This document shows, one piece after another, positions 11,400-24,604 of a stretch of 64,000 bases of DNA. Position 1 is the first letter of the stretch, and the number at the start of each line of letters is the position of its first letter. A model generated the notes under the pieces. That model ran no database searches and was not told the origin of the DNA. It saw nothing but the letters and a program-made list of their open reading frames with translations. The stretch is from Basidiobolus meristosporus CBS 931.73 (Eukaryota > Fungi > Basidiobolomycota). The stretch is from assembly GCA_002104905.1 (NCBI GenBank), contig MCFE01000114.1, positions 62,001-126,000 of the forward strand. The letters run 5' to 3'. The translations under genes and the position numbers were made by a program.

Positions 11400-14300
11400 T
11401 GTTTAGAGACTGTCATAATAGCGGCAGCTTGGAATTATTTATCCTCCTGATGATCTTATAACTAGATCATGATGGTGTTTTGCAAATTTTACAGCCGAAC
11501 AAAGGGATAAAACTTGACAATTTTTGATTGGTGATGAGACAATATTTGCATAGTATTGTTGTGGTCTCTCAGCGCTCTAGTACTATCTGAAGTGGATCCA
11601 GTTGGCCAGGACTTCCAATAGCCTTATATGGCAAGAAACATGACCGTATTTTGATGGCCTCACCACAAGACTCAGATGGCATTTTTTTGGCTGTATGACA
11701 GCCTACCATTGGTTCTGTATAATGCTACTGTACCAATTTACCAAATGGCATTTCCTTTTTCTACCTCCCCTTGTGCAATTCATATATTCCACTGTAGAAT
11801 CACCTTTCTTTATTTGCTTATCCACTACTACCTTGGGTATTCCACATATAGTTCAAATCAAAAAAAACTATGGCCTCCTGCCTACTAACCTCTACAAACA
11901 CACACACCTGCCGCAATTGACATACTTCTATCACCTCAGCTTTACGGCTTTTTAGTTTGATACTTGCAAAGTTGCCATATACCTTGTACTGCTGATAGCA
12001 TGTACATCTTGCAAACATATGCTTGGTTGTTGCCACTTCTGCCATGAATACCTCCTGAATATTGGCAAAGAACTTCTTGGTATTTAGCCAATATATTCCT
12101 TCTCCCTGCTGGATTCTAGTCCCCCTTATAGGTGCTCTCTGGCTTTTGCTTGTGTAAGCTCAGTATTGAATGGTGTAGAAGTTGGCTTGTGACCACAAGA
12201 AATATGGCATATCTTGGTGGAGTTTTCCTGATAAAAATTAGTTGCTTATTGCACCCAACCCAACTTTGCATTACATAACTGATTACCCACACATTGGGGT
12301 GGCTTAGCTGCTTAATGCCATAGGGATAGGTATCTCCATGTGCACATTTGTCCTCAGTATTTTCCAACTTTTTCTGGCTGACCTCCATGTGCCAACTTAT
12401 CACATCCATGACAGACTTGAAGGTAATATTCTTGATGAGATTGGGATATGGTAGTACCTGCAACTTGACTTGTCTTCCTATCTCCCCTCACATCTGCTCC
12501 ATAGGAAACTCCCAAAAGGTGGAGCAAGGCCCAATATTCTCCACACACCATGCAAGATGGAGTAGGGAATGGATACAGTAGCAGCAGAGATCTATGTGTT
12601 CAGCTTTATGTTTGTAGTATAGCCGCTCAAATCCCATCACAGAATCCGCAAAAAACAGCTGTAGATGCATCAAGTTGTCATTGGTGATGCGCTTCTGGAT
12701 AAATATTCCTACAATGTCCACATATGACTCCCAATGCTTCCAATGTACTCTTAATAGGAATGGCTTCAGAACTCCACTTGAATAAATACATATCAGTTCA
12801 TCCAGTCTTTGCATTTGTATTGTTGCATATGCGTATGAATACTGATTGGAGCTTGTGAGACGTACTTAGGGTAGCGGATACTCTGTAATATCTTACCAAT
12901 TATTTCAAATTTCTCTGGTATCTCAAAGGGCTCATTTAGCTTGAAATGCCCCATTTACAACTTGGTCATGAGTATAGGGAAATTGTCAAAAAGCAATGCA
13001 TTGCTCACTGTGGAAAGCTTTTGCACTGACAGATACCCTCTATCTTAAGTGTCTCTGTTTTCCAATTGGTTCCATATTCTGGCCAATGGCTTATAGCTTG
13101 CCAACTTTGCTGCAATTGCATGCTGACTTCTGCATGTTCTCTCTGTGGGAAGATGTTGTTCTTTGTGCTGGTGTTTAGGTAATAATAATGTGTGTGAATT
13201 ATGGAGTAAATCCCCTGGATCTCACACATTAGACAGCGATACCATCCATTGTGCCCGGAAAAACCTGCTATCTTGCTGATTGCTGGGGAATCTCCAATGC
13301 AGATAATAATATGCACTTTGACATGACAGCCATTTACTGTTATCCTGCTGGAAAGCATACAAAATTCATCCAGCAATGAACACAGGTAGCTATCCAGGTT
13401 GGACAGTGATTTAGGCCCAGATACCAATGGAACTACCATCAGATTATTGCTCCAATACTGTAAGATGGTCAGCAGTTTCAGATTGATGAAAATCAGTGGC
13501 CAGCAGGAATTGCTGGTAGAGTAGTCATTTAATGAGAATCCATCAAGTGTTAAAGCAAAGGCATGGTCACACATACCTTCAAAGTAGCCCTTACTTCTTA
13601 GCTGTTAGTAATGTTTGCCATCAAATATATTGGATATGAGTGTGCTTGATTAATACTGAGTGTGGTAGTGTATAGCTTTGCAATATTTGTTGGACTGCAT
13701 TAGCTTCTTTAGAGGGGGTATTACTGGAATATATCCAGAGTGTGAACAATGCTTTCCCTCAATGGTGGTGGATTCCTGACAATTTGGACACGTGGCAATG
13801 GTAACATTTTTGGATGTGAATGCCATGCAACTGTTAACACATGCTGGAATCAGGACAGTCTCTGGATCATATGTTGCCAGCCACGTGACAGTTGTCCACT
13901 TGTACCATGTACATGGTAAGTAGCATCCTGGTATGATTTTGGCAAGAAGTAGTGATAAATCTTCAAAGCCCCCATTACTGATATTAGTGGAAACATGCCA
14001 CTCCTCTAGCCACAACATTACATCATTCACCAGTAGATGGATCACTGAGCTCACTTGGCTCCATAAAGTATCCTTGGCATTTGTTTCAACAGGTGTTGTC
14101 TCATTGCATATAGGGATTTGACCAGGCTCATACATGGTACTGTTGTTATGGGAGATAGGCTCAAAATCCATCAGTGAGCCTTCTTCATCAGAACTATCAC
14201 TCTGCATGCCATATTTCAAAGGCTGAGGTGCGCCTACAGGCTTCACAAACTCACCTGACTCAGCTTGTGCAAGGTGACAAAGACAGCCAGGTGCCAACAT

Positions 14301-14506
14301 AGAAGTATCAACTGGCCGGCAAGATAATGTTGGTACAGTAGTGACCAATGAATGGTCAAATATGACTTGTGTGGCAAAACACTGGCCATGATCCTTGTAA
14401 TACTTCCTATGCTGTCTGCATGCATCATGACTGAGAGGCTTGCCACAATGCCACATGGTCTTTTTTCTCTTCTCTTACAACATTGAGTCAAAGTAGTCTT
14501 GTCCAT
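11400..14506 (-). pseudogene. CACTA transposase (Transposase_21-like plus DUF4218-like), disrupted
   Basis: ACVNSCMAFT..CPNC..YIPVIPPL; TLDGF..SCWPLI..GPK..LDSYL..IGDSPA..GHNG..CLMC; HSLLHL..IGP..FWEFPMEQM. The 3' end of the gene is approximate. Confidence 0.9.
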
Positions 14507-14728
14507 GTGGCAAACAGTTTGACCTTCAACAATGTAATGCTATTATATCACTTTTTGGTCAATACTGATGTGAACTTAAGACAGTTATGTATTTGGGCCA
14601 TTGCACCTACATGAATGTAAGATTCAATGATGACCAGCCATAGTAAGGACTATAAATAAAGTTGTGGCACCACATACACATGTATATGTAACACTGCTTT
14701 CCCATTGGTTTGACTCACTTCCATATAT

Positions 14729-16783
14729 ATGCTGCCAAAAAATAAAGCAAAGTTGTCTGGTTCCCAAACAAACCCTACCACTGACAGGAATAGAAGTATG
14801 GTTGGACTACATCTTGCTTTGACATTGAGTGCAACAAGTGGGGTTACAACCAAAAAAGGCCCTGTGGAGAGTGTGCCCATTGAAGGTAATAATGCAACTC
14901 CTCAGGCTCTCTGACAAGTAGGCAATTGAGAACCTCTGCCAAGCCACAAGCTCACCATTATGCTCAGGCAGATGAGAATGTTACAAACACAGTACCCTCA
15001 GTTGAAGATCAGCAAGTGGCCATGATAACATCACCACTACCCATATTAGCAAGTATGTTATCAGCTCATACCAAAGCATTAATGAAGCAATTAGGTGCAG
15101 TGACTGATAGAACAGATACAATGGCCCAGAAAAATCAGGAAGTAGTTCAGAAACAGGATGAGTGGATAATACATGTAGAGCAATCAATATCCCTGGTAAA
15201 CAAAGCAGTATCTTTGCTGCAAAGAAGGAACTCAAGTAGCTCAATGTCACAGCCAAGAATTGAGCCATTTCCCAATGTAACAGCAGAGGAACACCGTACA
15301 GTCTTTGAAGCACAACAACAGTGCCCAAAGATAAAGCCCACAGAAAAACCTATCACAGCATAGGAGGGAGACAATGTGGTGTTTATACCAAAGCCTAAAA
15401 GTCAAAAGACATTGAAGATCTGTGAAGCCATTGAGTGCAATAATGAGGAGTGGGCTAATATACATGAGGCTGTCAGAAGTCTAGCACTCCATCACCTTAA
15501 GGCCGGCATACCATGGGACCAAGAACTAAAGGCCAAGCAGAATGCACTTGATTTGTCCATGAGCATTATCCTGGATTCAAACTGGCAAACAGATTTTGGG
15601 CCAGCATTGGTATGCTAAGAATGTATCTTAAGAATAGCAGAAACTATCAGAGGCAGAAGAATAAGAGTGCCAAGGCTAAAAGCCAGTGGCTTCCTCAAGA
15701 GCCTGTTATAAGCTGGGCCAAAAGCTCCAGACAAGCATCAAAGTGACGTCAGGCAGCTAGAAGAGTGCCAATTAAGGACAAGCAGGCAGACATGGATGCA
15801 CCAACACAACATTTATCAAGGAAAAAGTGTAGTACCACTCAAGAAGCATCCAGTCAAAGTAGCAATCAAGGACCTGGCAGTGATAAAAACCAGCTGCTTT
15901 TACAGGAGCGCATCACAACAACAGTTGAGAGCTCAAAACAAGCTAAAAAGAAACATCAGGTTGCCAGAAGAGTGCCAGCAAGGACAAGCAGGCCAAAACA
16001 GATGCGTCAGAGCAGAATTTATCCAGGAGAAAACGTAGTTCTTTGCAAGAAGCACTCAGACAAAGTAGCAGTGAAAGACCTGGCAGTGATAAAGGAAAGG
16101 GTAAAGGGAAAAATGTCTACCTAAGCTTGAGACAGTGAGGCATGCAAAAAAAACTGCAGTTCTTGCCTATTAACGCTGCAAGCCATGAACAGACTGAATC
16201 CCATCATAGCCAAGAAGAATTACCAACAAGAAAACAGCTGTTTTCACAAGAGTTGGTAGTGCAGCCTGTGGAGCTACACTCCAGCAAGGTAGAGGAGTTT
16301 GCTGAAAAAGGCAACTTGTCTATCACAGCCTCCATAGTTGACAGAGTGGAGATCCCACTGATAGTTAAGGCTACAACATCAAGAGCTCAAAAGGCTATCA
16401 CAATGCCTTCAGTGGAGTTTTGGAACATTAATAGGCCCACCAAGAGGTTGCAGCACTTCTTCAAGAGCAGTGCTCAAGAAAATGCACTGGAATATTGCAA
16501 GGATTTATTGCAAAGACTGGCAGATGAGGTGCTAGACCTTGCAGTGCTGGCTGAAGACCAGGACATGTGGGAACCAGTGAATGACCAGTGGCATAAAGCT
16601 GTTGGGTTCCTGCCAAAGTTGTGGAACCAGAGTATTACAGCAGAAATACTTATTGAGTTGTGGATTTTAACGGAGTTATTTGTTGAGTGTAGGGTTGGGC
16701 TTGATGTTAGTGTAGGGTATACAGACTTGTATAGGTCAATACTGTTGGCAATTGAGATGCAGCTGAAGTTCCAATGGAAATAA
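14729..16783 (+). pseudogene. Divergently oriented accessory ORF2 of the CACTA element, function unknown
   Basis: Chain of + strand ORF fragments (14729, 14926, 15376, 15765, 16142-16783) conserved in other copies at ~6750-8600 (-), ~34950-36060 (+) and ~36640-37000 (-). The true start codon is uncertain. Confidence 0.7.
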
Positions 16784-19700
16784 ATCAATATGTACGCATG
16801 AAAAGTAAGAGAAACAGTTGAGTTAGGAAGCAAGGAGTGTGAAAATGAGGCAATAGCCAATCAATTCACACAAATGTAGGAGGCAATAGAGTATCTGGGA
16901 TCAGAAAGTGAGCAAATTAGCAGGGAACCAATCAAAAGCAACTTAAATATTGTTGTGGTGAAATATTTTGACAAAGTTTTTGTGAAATCTGGGTGCAATT
17001 AGTTTTCAATGGTCTCTGGATGGTGTCCTGACAAGATCAGCACCTCTTAGTCACAGGAATTAACTTTCTGAAGGCCTTTTGATGGGATCATCTCAATAAT
17101 TTCTCATAGGGAGAATTGTCAAAGCTGAAACTAAGTCCTTCTGCAGTGGCATTACTTACAGATAGTAGGTTCTTGGCAGTTTCTGGTATGTATAGTACTT
17201 CTTTAAAGATCAGTGTATGGCTTCCTTCACTGCTTCTAAGCTTTACTTGGATAGTTCCTTCGCCCATTACATCAAGTGTACTATTGTTACCCATGAAAAC
17301 CTCCTTAATTGGAATTTCTTGATATTAAGTAACAAGTTCTTTTTGGTGTGTGAAGTGCTGAGATGCTCCAGAGTCAACATATCACGTCTGAGAATCCTTG
17401 TTTGTGGTCATATTTAGTGCAGATATGAATAGCCTATTGTCAATTGTTGCAGCATTTCTGTATTCAGGCTTTCTGTGCTGACTATCTCTATATTTGAAGC
17501 ACCAATCAGATGTGTGTCCTTTCCTTTTCCAGTAGTTACAAAAAAGATTGCTATTGACTTTAAAAAGTCTTGGGTATCTCCTTTGTTGGTTATCATGGCT
17601 GATCAAAGTATGCTCTTCTTCCTTCTTATTGGCACTTGATTTTCTTAATTCTTCATCCAGGAGCCTTCCATATACATAATTCAGGGTCAAATGTGCAGTT
17701 CTGGACTCTAGGGCCAATACAGGGCCCTGAAACCTGTCTGTCCTGTTATTCAGGATGGTAACTATCAAATCCTCATTAGTGGTTGGTACACCCACAGATC
17801 CCATTTCATCCACCAGCAGGGTAACTCTGCTGATTAAGTTTTCCATTTCTTCTCCTGGCAGCAACTTTGTAGTAAAGAATTTTTGTCTCTGATACATTCT
17901 CTTAGCAGCTGAACATGACTGGTAGGTGTCATCTAATGCCTTCCAGGCATTCTTTGCTGTTTTTGCTCTTGAGCATTGAATTTGCAATTTGTCTTTAACA
18001 TTAAGGCAAATGTGGTTAAACGCACTTTGTTCTTTCTTCTAATACTTCAAGGCTTCCTCTTACATGTTTTTGGGGGGGCACTCTTCTCCCATGATAATAT
18101 CCCAAAGGCCTTTTTCCTGTAGCAGCATATTCATCTTCACCTTCCACACTTGGTAGTTAGATCTGTCCAGCTTTTTAGCTGAGGAAAAATTCCAGTAGTA
18201 GCAGTAGAGAACATTGCAGAGAGTGACAGCTTGGGGCTCATGGCCTGTTGTAAGAGTCTTGGAAATATCAGAAGTGATATGGGAGGACAAGTAGATTACA
18301 TGGCTTTCATTTAGTGATTATTGAATGTAAAAGAGGTATTTATACTTTTACATGTTCCTGGCATATCAAAGACATAGAATAGGCTAAGGAAGGTCCCAAG
18401 AATATTTGTGCAAAGTTTGGGGTTGTTTGGACAACTTGGAGAATTTCCATGTTCTGGGTACCTGGCATTTTGGTGAGAATGTTCTAAGTAAATCCCAACA
18501 AGGAATTTGGTCAGTATTCTCTAAGATTTGAAGGTAATGATCTGAGTGACTAAGTTAGGTGTATATTTAGGTGGAATTACAAATTTTTTACAACCAATAG
18601 AAGTATGTCAATTGCGGCAGGTGTGCATGTTTGTAGAAGTTAGTAGGCAGGAGACCACAGCTTTTTTGATTCAAGCTCTATGTGGAATACCCAAGATAGT
18701 AGTGGGTAAGCAAATAAAGAGGGGTGATTCTACTGTGGAGTATATGAACTGCACCAGGGGAGATAGAAAAAGGAAATACCATTTGGTAAACTGGTACAGT
18801 GGCATTATACAGAACTAGCTGTACACTGCCATATTGCCATTATAATGCCATCAGAATCATGCTGTGAGGTCATTGAAATACTGTCTAGATTTTTGCCATG
18901 TAAGGCAATTGGATGTCCCAGCCAGTTGGATCCATTGAAAATAGTTGAAGAATGCAATAAGACCACAACAATGCCATGCATTTATTGCCACAGCACCATT
19001 CAAATCCTGTAGAGTTTTATCACTTTATTTGGGAGTAAAATTAGCAAAATGCTGTAATGATCCTGTCATAAGATTGCTAAGAGGGTCACAAGTTCCAAAC
19101 TGCTGGTAGTATGATGGTCTCTAAACAGGATCCTGTTGGCTGATCTAGATCAGATCCACCCATGGGACCAAATTATTTTTCACAGGGGAAGATGTGCCAA
19201 GTTGGCATTGGTAATTTGCTTCTGAATAAATATTCCTACAATGATCACATATGACTCCCAATGCTTCCAATGCACTCCTGGCAGGTATGGCTTCAGAATA
19301 TCACTTGAATAAATACATAACCAGTACATCCAGTCCTTGCATTTGTGTCATCACATATGTGTATAAATATTGAATGGAACCTCTGAGAGATAATTAGGGT
19401 AGTGTATACTCTTTAATATCTTGCCAATTCTTTCAAACTTTTCAGGTATCTCAAAGGGCTCATATAGCCTGAAACTCCCCATTTACAATTTAGTCATCAG
19501 TATAGGGATATTGTAGAAAAGCAAATGCATTGCTCCCAGTGGAAAACTTTTACTCCAACAGATACCCGCTATCTTAAGTATCTCTAGTTTCCAATCAAAT
19601 CCACATTCCAGACAATGGCTCATAGCTTGCCAGCTTTGCTACAATTGCATGCTGACTTCTGTACACTCTCTCTATGGGAAGATGATGTTCTTAGTGTTGG

Positions 19701-20249
19701 TGTTTGGGTAAAAATAATATGTGTGAGTTGCAGATTAAATCCCCTGGATCTCTCACATTGGACGGAAATACCATCTATTGTGCTAAGGAAAGGTGGCAAT
19801 TTTGCTGATGGCTGGGGTATCTCCAATGCATATAATAATATGCACTTTGACATGACAGCCATTTACTATTAACCTGCTGGAAAGCATACAAAATTCATCC
19901 TGCAATGAATACAGGTAGCTATCCAGGTTTGACAGTGATTTAGGCCCAGATACCAGTGAGACTACTGCCAGATTTTGGCTCTGAAACCATAAAATAGGTG
20001 GCAGATTCATATTGATGAGAATCAGTGGCCAACAGGCTTTGCTGGTAAAGTACTTGTTTAATGAGAATCTATCAAGTGCCAAAGTAAGTTCTTAGTCATG
20101 CCTACCTTCAAAGTAGCACTTGCTTCATAGCTGTTTGCAATGTTTGCCATCAAGTATATTGGATATGTTTGCACTTGATTGATACCAAGTGCTGTAACCC
20201 TAAGTAGTAAATCCTCAAGCCCCTGTCACTGATATTAGTGGAAACATGC

Positions 20250-20947
20250 TGTTGTGCATCAACATTTAAAGCTTGGCCAATTTCACTCCATTAGAAAATC
20301 TGGTACTCTAACTGATTTTCCCTAATTCAAGCATAACTAATCCCTGTTATGGTTTATTTTATCACTTCTCTGAATCTATTATAGCTGTCACACCTGATCA
20401 ATTTTCATGTAGTCATTACATCCTCAACTGATCCGCCAAGCCTTTCCAAGTGATTAGTCTTCTGAGACCTATCCAATCACTTAGCTGTTGCCAAGATATC
20501 AGCTGATTAATCATACAACTTTTCATTTATCTTATGTTCCTATCAACACCCCAACAGATCTCAGTTAGTCTAGTCACTTGATGCTTACTAATGCAACTCA
20601 ATCAGAAAAGTATAAATAAAGTTTACTGAACTATTTGGTTTAGTGTGTGTCTCAACAAAATTAAAATTGTGCCTCAGCAAAATTAGGAATTCCACAATTT
20701 CATTCTAGTTTCCACCCAGGTCTAGCACATCTAGTATTCCTTACAACACCAAGACTAGCCTGTATGGCAAACCAACTCTGTTGCTTTTATAGCCCAACTC
20801 AACTATATACAAAACCAATATTAGACCAGACCTTCTCTGGTAATATTTCTCTCACCCTTTACAATTCTAAGATTCTGCACTTAGTTATCACTTAGGTTCA
20901 GTTAACTCATTCAAGAGTTTTATATCACTTTTCTCTTGGATACAACA
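20250..20947 (+). repeat. Solo LTR of the chromovirus (698 bp)
   Basis: TGTTG...CAACA, homologous to 3406-4082, perfect 5-bp TSD CATGC; the target CACTA sequence GGAAACATGCCACT rejoins. Confidence 0.96.
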
Positions 20948-21738
20948 CATGCCACTTCTCCAGCCACAACATTACATCATTCACCAGTAGATGGATTACT
21001 GGGCTCACTTGGCTCCATAAAGTATCCTTGGCATTTGTTTCAACAGGTGCCATCTCATTGCACATTTGGATTTGACCAGGCTCATACATGGCGCTGTTGT
21101 CAGGGGAGATAGGCTCACAATCCATCAGTGTGCATTCTTTGTCAGAGCTATCACTCTGTGGGCCATATTCACAAGGCTAGGGTGAGCCTAAAGGCATCAC
21201 AAACTCACTTGACTCAGTTTGAAAATTGATACATAGACAGCCAGGTGTCAATATATAAGTATTAACTGACTGGCAAGATAATGTTGGTACAGTAGTGACT
21301 GATGAGTGTCAAATATGACTTGTCTGGCAATGCACTGGCTGTAATCCTTGTAATACTTTCTATGATGTCTGTGTGCTACATGTCTGAGAGGCTTTTGATA
21401 AGAGCCACATGGTCTTTTTTCTCTTTACTTACAATGTTCAACCAAAGAAATCTTGTTTAAGAGGCAAACAGTTCAACCTTCAACAACATAGTTCTATTAT
21501 ATCACTTTTGGTCAATACTCATGTGAGTTTAAGACAATCCTGTATTTGAGACATTAGACTTGTTCTGTTGGATGTTACCACATTGTGCCAGCCTGATTAT
21601 AGAGCCAGATCAATTGGCTACTCTACAGTACTATCTGGCACTATAATTTCTACCATAATTGCAGTGGTAAAATATAGGTACTGGCAATTTTACACAATCT
21701 TACTTATGTTGCTCAGAGTAGTACTCTCCTTGCTTTAT

Positions 21739-22698
21739 TTACTCTTCATAATGCTCCAGGCACATTTCTCTCAGTGGATGTCTACTTGTATGAATACCCT
21801 GTGCATTGATAAGTATCTTGACTATTTTACCTATTCTGCTATTCTCTCCTATATATAGCTTTCCTCTGTATTTACCAGCCAATATGCTGAATCTCTTCAG
21901 ATATCCAAATGTATGCCCTGCTCTCACTGTGAAATGATTAAATATCTCATTGTAGAGCTTCTGCTTCCTGCTAAGCACATCCCTCCTTAGCTTCCTATAA
22001 GCTGTAATACATCCTAATTGCTGACAATCCACTCCTATATAAGCTATGTCTGCCATACTTCTCTCACCTCCACTGAATTCAGGATGAATCTCTACCCAGA
22101 GTGCTTTTAATGCCTACTTCCAGCAAATGGCCCAGTAAACCCAATGATGTTACCCTCAATGTCAGACAGTGCTTGAACTTCATACAGTGTGCCTTGTACT
22201 TGCTAGAATAAAAGTGCCTCTGCCCTCTAGAAGGTCTGCTCATCCTGACTGGGAAGGTATCAGGAACACTCCTTATATCAAACCTGTTACCAAACACTCT
22301 GGGATATGGAAGTCTTTTGGAGCTTCTGTACCTAGTATTCCAAGCTTGCTCTAAGTCATTCACATTCTCTGCAAGGTGGTTCTCCATTGCTGTCAGCTGG
22401 TAATGAAAGCTTCTAGGACTTTTGTTGCCATGAATGATGGGATGAAGCCTTGTGGGGTAATAGTTCTTGTAATAGCAGAGAAGCTTAACAAGGCATCTCC
22501 TTGAGTAGATTGGGTCAATGGTCTACAGTACTTGACATAGATCTCCTCTAGTGTGTCAAAAGGAAATCCAGTGGTAGTGATGGGATTTATAAGAAATGAC
22601 CATTCAGATGAGTAAGTCATATCAAGATTTATAGGTGATTGGGCTGAGGGGATTTGATTCAACTTGGCGCAATCAGCTCTATTCATATGATTTTCCAT
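21739..22698 (-). pseudogene. DDE_Tnp_4 / IS5-ISL2-like transposase, frameshifted
   Basis: PDTFPVRMSRPSRGQRHFYSSKYKAHCMKF; ADIAYIG...LSRKQKLYN...GHTFGYLKRFSILAGKYRG, matching my recollection of the D..RP..QR.YS.K.K.H and D.gY.G..N..Rv.vE..FG.LK motifs. Confidence 0.8.
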
Positions 22699-23199
22699 GC
22701 ATTATGATTAAATCTACATCAATTACCATATATCCCATTATTATGTTGCAAAAATAATCCTCAAACAATGACTTGGTATCTTCTTTTACACTTTACTCAT
22801 AAGTCTATAATTGAATAGGAAATCTGCAATTGATGTGAACTAATATGCATCAGTGCAATTCAAGATGCATCATGGAAAATATATGGAAAATTCAACAATC
22901 ACATTAATTTATATATATATTTTATATAAGACCAGGTTGATGCCAATACACTACTGTATTAGTATTAAAATCTGTCACTAAGGTCCCTATACCAAGTCTC
23001 AATTAATCCTTAGTAAGACCCACATAACACCCACCCCCCAGCTCACAAGCACATTCTAGACAGGAGAAGTAAATGTTGGATCCATTTGAGTTGTCACCAA
23101 ATGATTTTAGTATGGCCAAAATGTATATGATGAGCCTTCATACAGACATTTGGGCACTACTCATTAATCTAGCCAAACTAGATACCTCAGAGAGTTGAC

Positions 23200-24080
23200 A
23201 AAGATGGAAGAACTGGAGTAGGAGCTGTGGAATGAGTTCTGTATCAAGATGCCAGTGGATGTATGTAAGAAGATATATAGTAAGACAGTAATGAAACTAA
23301 GAATGAGCTGAGAGTGCGGTGATTTGATGAGGAAGCCATGCAGGACCAATTTTGCATGCAATTTGTACAGTACAACAGCTCCAAGGTATTAGATAGAGGG
23401 CAAGTGAATACCTTGAGGAATTACAAGGTGAGCTTCAAAAGGAAGAATATAGACTGCAAGCAACAGCATCTAGATTGCGCCGCCATGCCTTACTGGATTC
23501 ATTACCATCCCTTGAAACTTCAGCACACAGGTACATGCTAGTCCAAGCTATGCCAACACCCTTCACAAGAGTGCCCTGCATTGAGTTAATGTGTGTGGGG
23601 TCAGCACACGCGCTTCAGAGCAAAACCATCAGAACTTGCCAAACTGCTCATTTAGACACAAGTCCATTGGAGCAGGCCAGGTTGTGTCAGCAAGCAGCAT
23701 AACATCAAACTCAGCCAAGGGCCATGCCAGCACATCTAGTTGTACCTGCGTGTGTCATTACACCTGACCACCATTAAGGTTCTTCTGGTGAACCTACAGA
23801 TGATGAACTATATGAAGTGCATTCACCACCAGAGCCTTTGGCAAGTAAATGAACCCATCAGCATATAGCACTGCAGGCCAGTTCAGTACCATCATCTGGA
23901 ACAATTAAGTTCCGTCAAGCTGCAGCATTGCACTCATGTATTAGGAGGCAAAATACTGACTAAAAATACACAAGTAGCCAGGAGGATTCTCAACAAGGTA
24001 GTAGTTTAGGTGTACAAAGTGAATCACTACCAAATGCCCCAGTAGTAATCCCTGTGAGAAAAAAAAATAAGAGAAGATGA
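23200..24080 (+). pseudogene. Possible second, divergent ORF remnant of the PHIS element
   Basis: Coding-like frames (FDEEAMQDQFCMQFVQYNSSKV...) broken by stops; no recognisable domain; boundaries approximate. Confidence 0.3.
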
Positions 24081-24604
24081 TGTGATTGCATTGAGTTGCT
24101 ATTATTTGTCATGAGTCAAACACCACATTTTTGTTACAATCTAAACTGAGCAATTGCAAATCAGTGACCACTAAATCTTTGATATAAGCAATATTAAGGT
24201 TGCTTACATCTGAGACAGAACCCCTATAAATAAACACCCTGCATATATGTACATCATCTGTAACATCAGTGCAGCCATTGAATCTGTTTTGCACCTATTT
24301 GATTGATTGCATGCTAGCTATGAAAGCTTGTCCAATCACTAGGATCAGGGATTTACTTGCTCAATGGGCAAAATGGAAATATTTGATGGCAAATCATGTA
24401 GCTTATCTGTTGGTCATAGAGCCAATTGGGGGCTGACTGCTTCACGATACTTTTGGACCAATTAGTCACTGAGATACCATCCAATTGGAGTGATGGTAAT
24501 CAAAATGGTAAGTATCAGTGCAGTTTATAGTGTGATATGCATTCATTTCCATTTACATTAAAGAAACATTTCTAAATACCGGATTTTACATACCATAATA
24601 GTGG

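Larger units (their letters stand above)
11340..17111 (-). mobile_element. Structurally complete CACTA/EnSpm-type DNA transposon, copy 3 (5772 bp)
   Basis: TIRs CCCTATGAAAAATAATT and reverse-complement CCCTATGAGAAATTATT; 3-bp TSD AGA; the host copia sequence CATACAGA/ATTGTC rejoins exactly. Confidence 0.93.
10583..18595 (-). mobile_element. Ty1/copia family B relic (5' LTR 18246-18595, gag, protease, part of integrase; 3' half deleted)
   Basis: ORFs 17382-17987 and 17088-17294 and the 10600-11340 region match the 58057-62730 element; degenerate PBS just left of 18246; left junction approximate. Confidence 0.88.
6420..19188 (+). mobile_element. CACTA copy 2 (transposase on +), carrying nested copia and CACTA inserts
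   Basis: Starts CCCTATGAGAAATCATT (6420), ends AATTATTTTTCACAGGGG (19188), AAG on both sides; the host transposase sequence rejoins (CAGCTGAAG/ATG). Confidence 0.88.
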
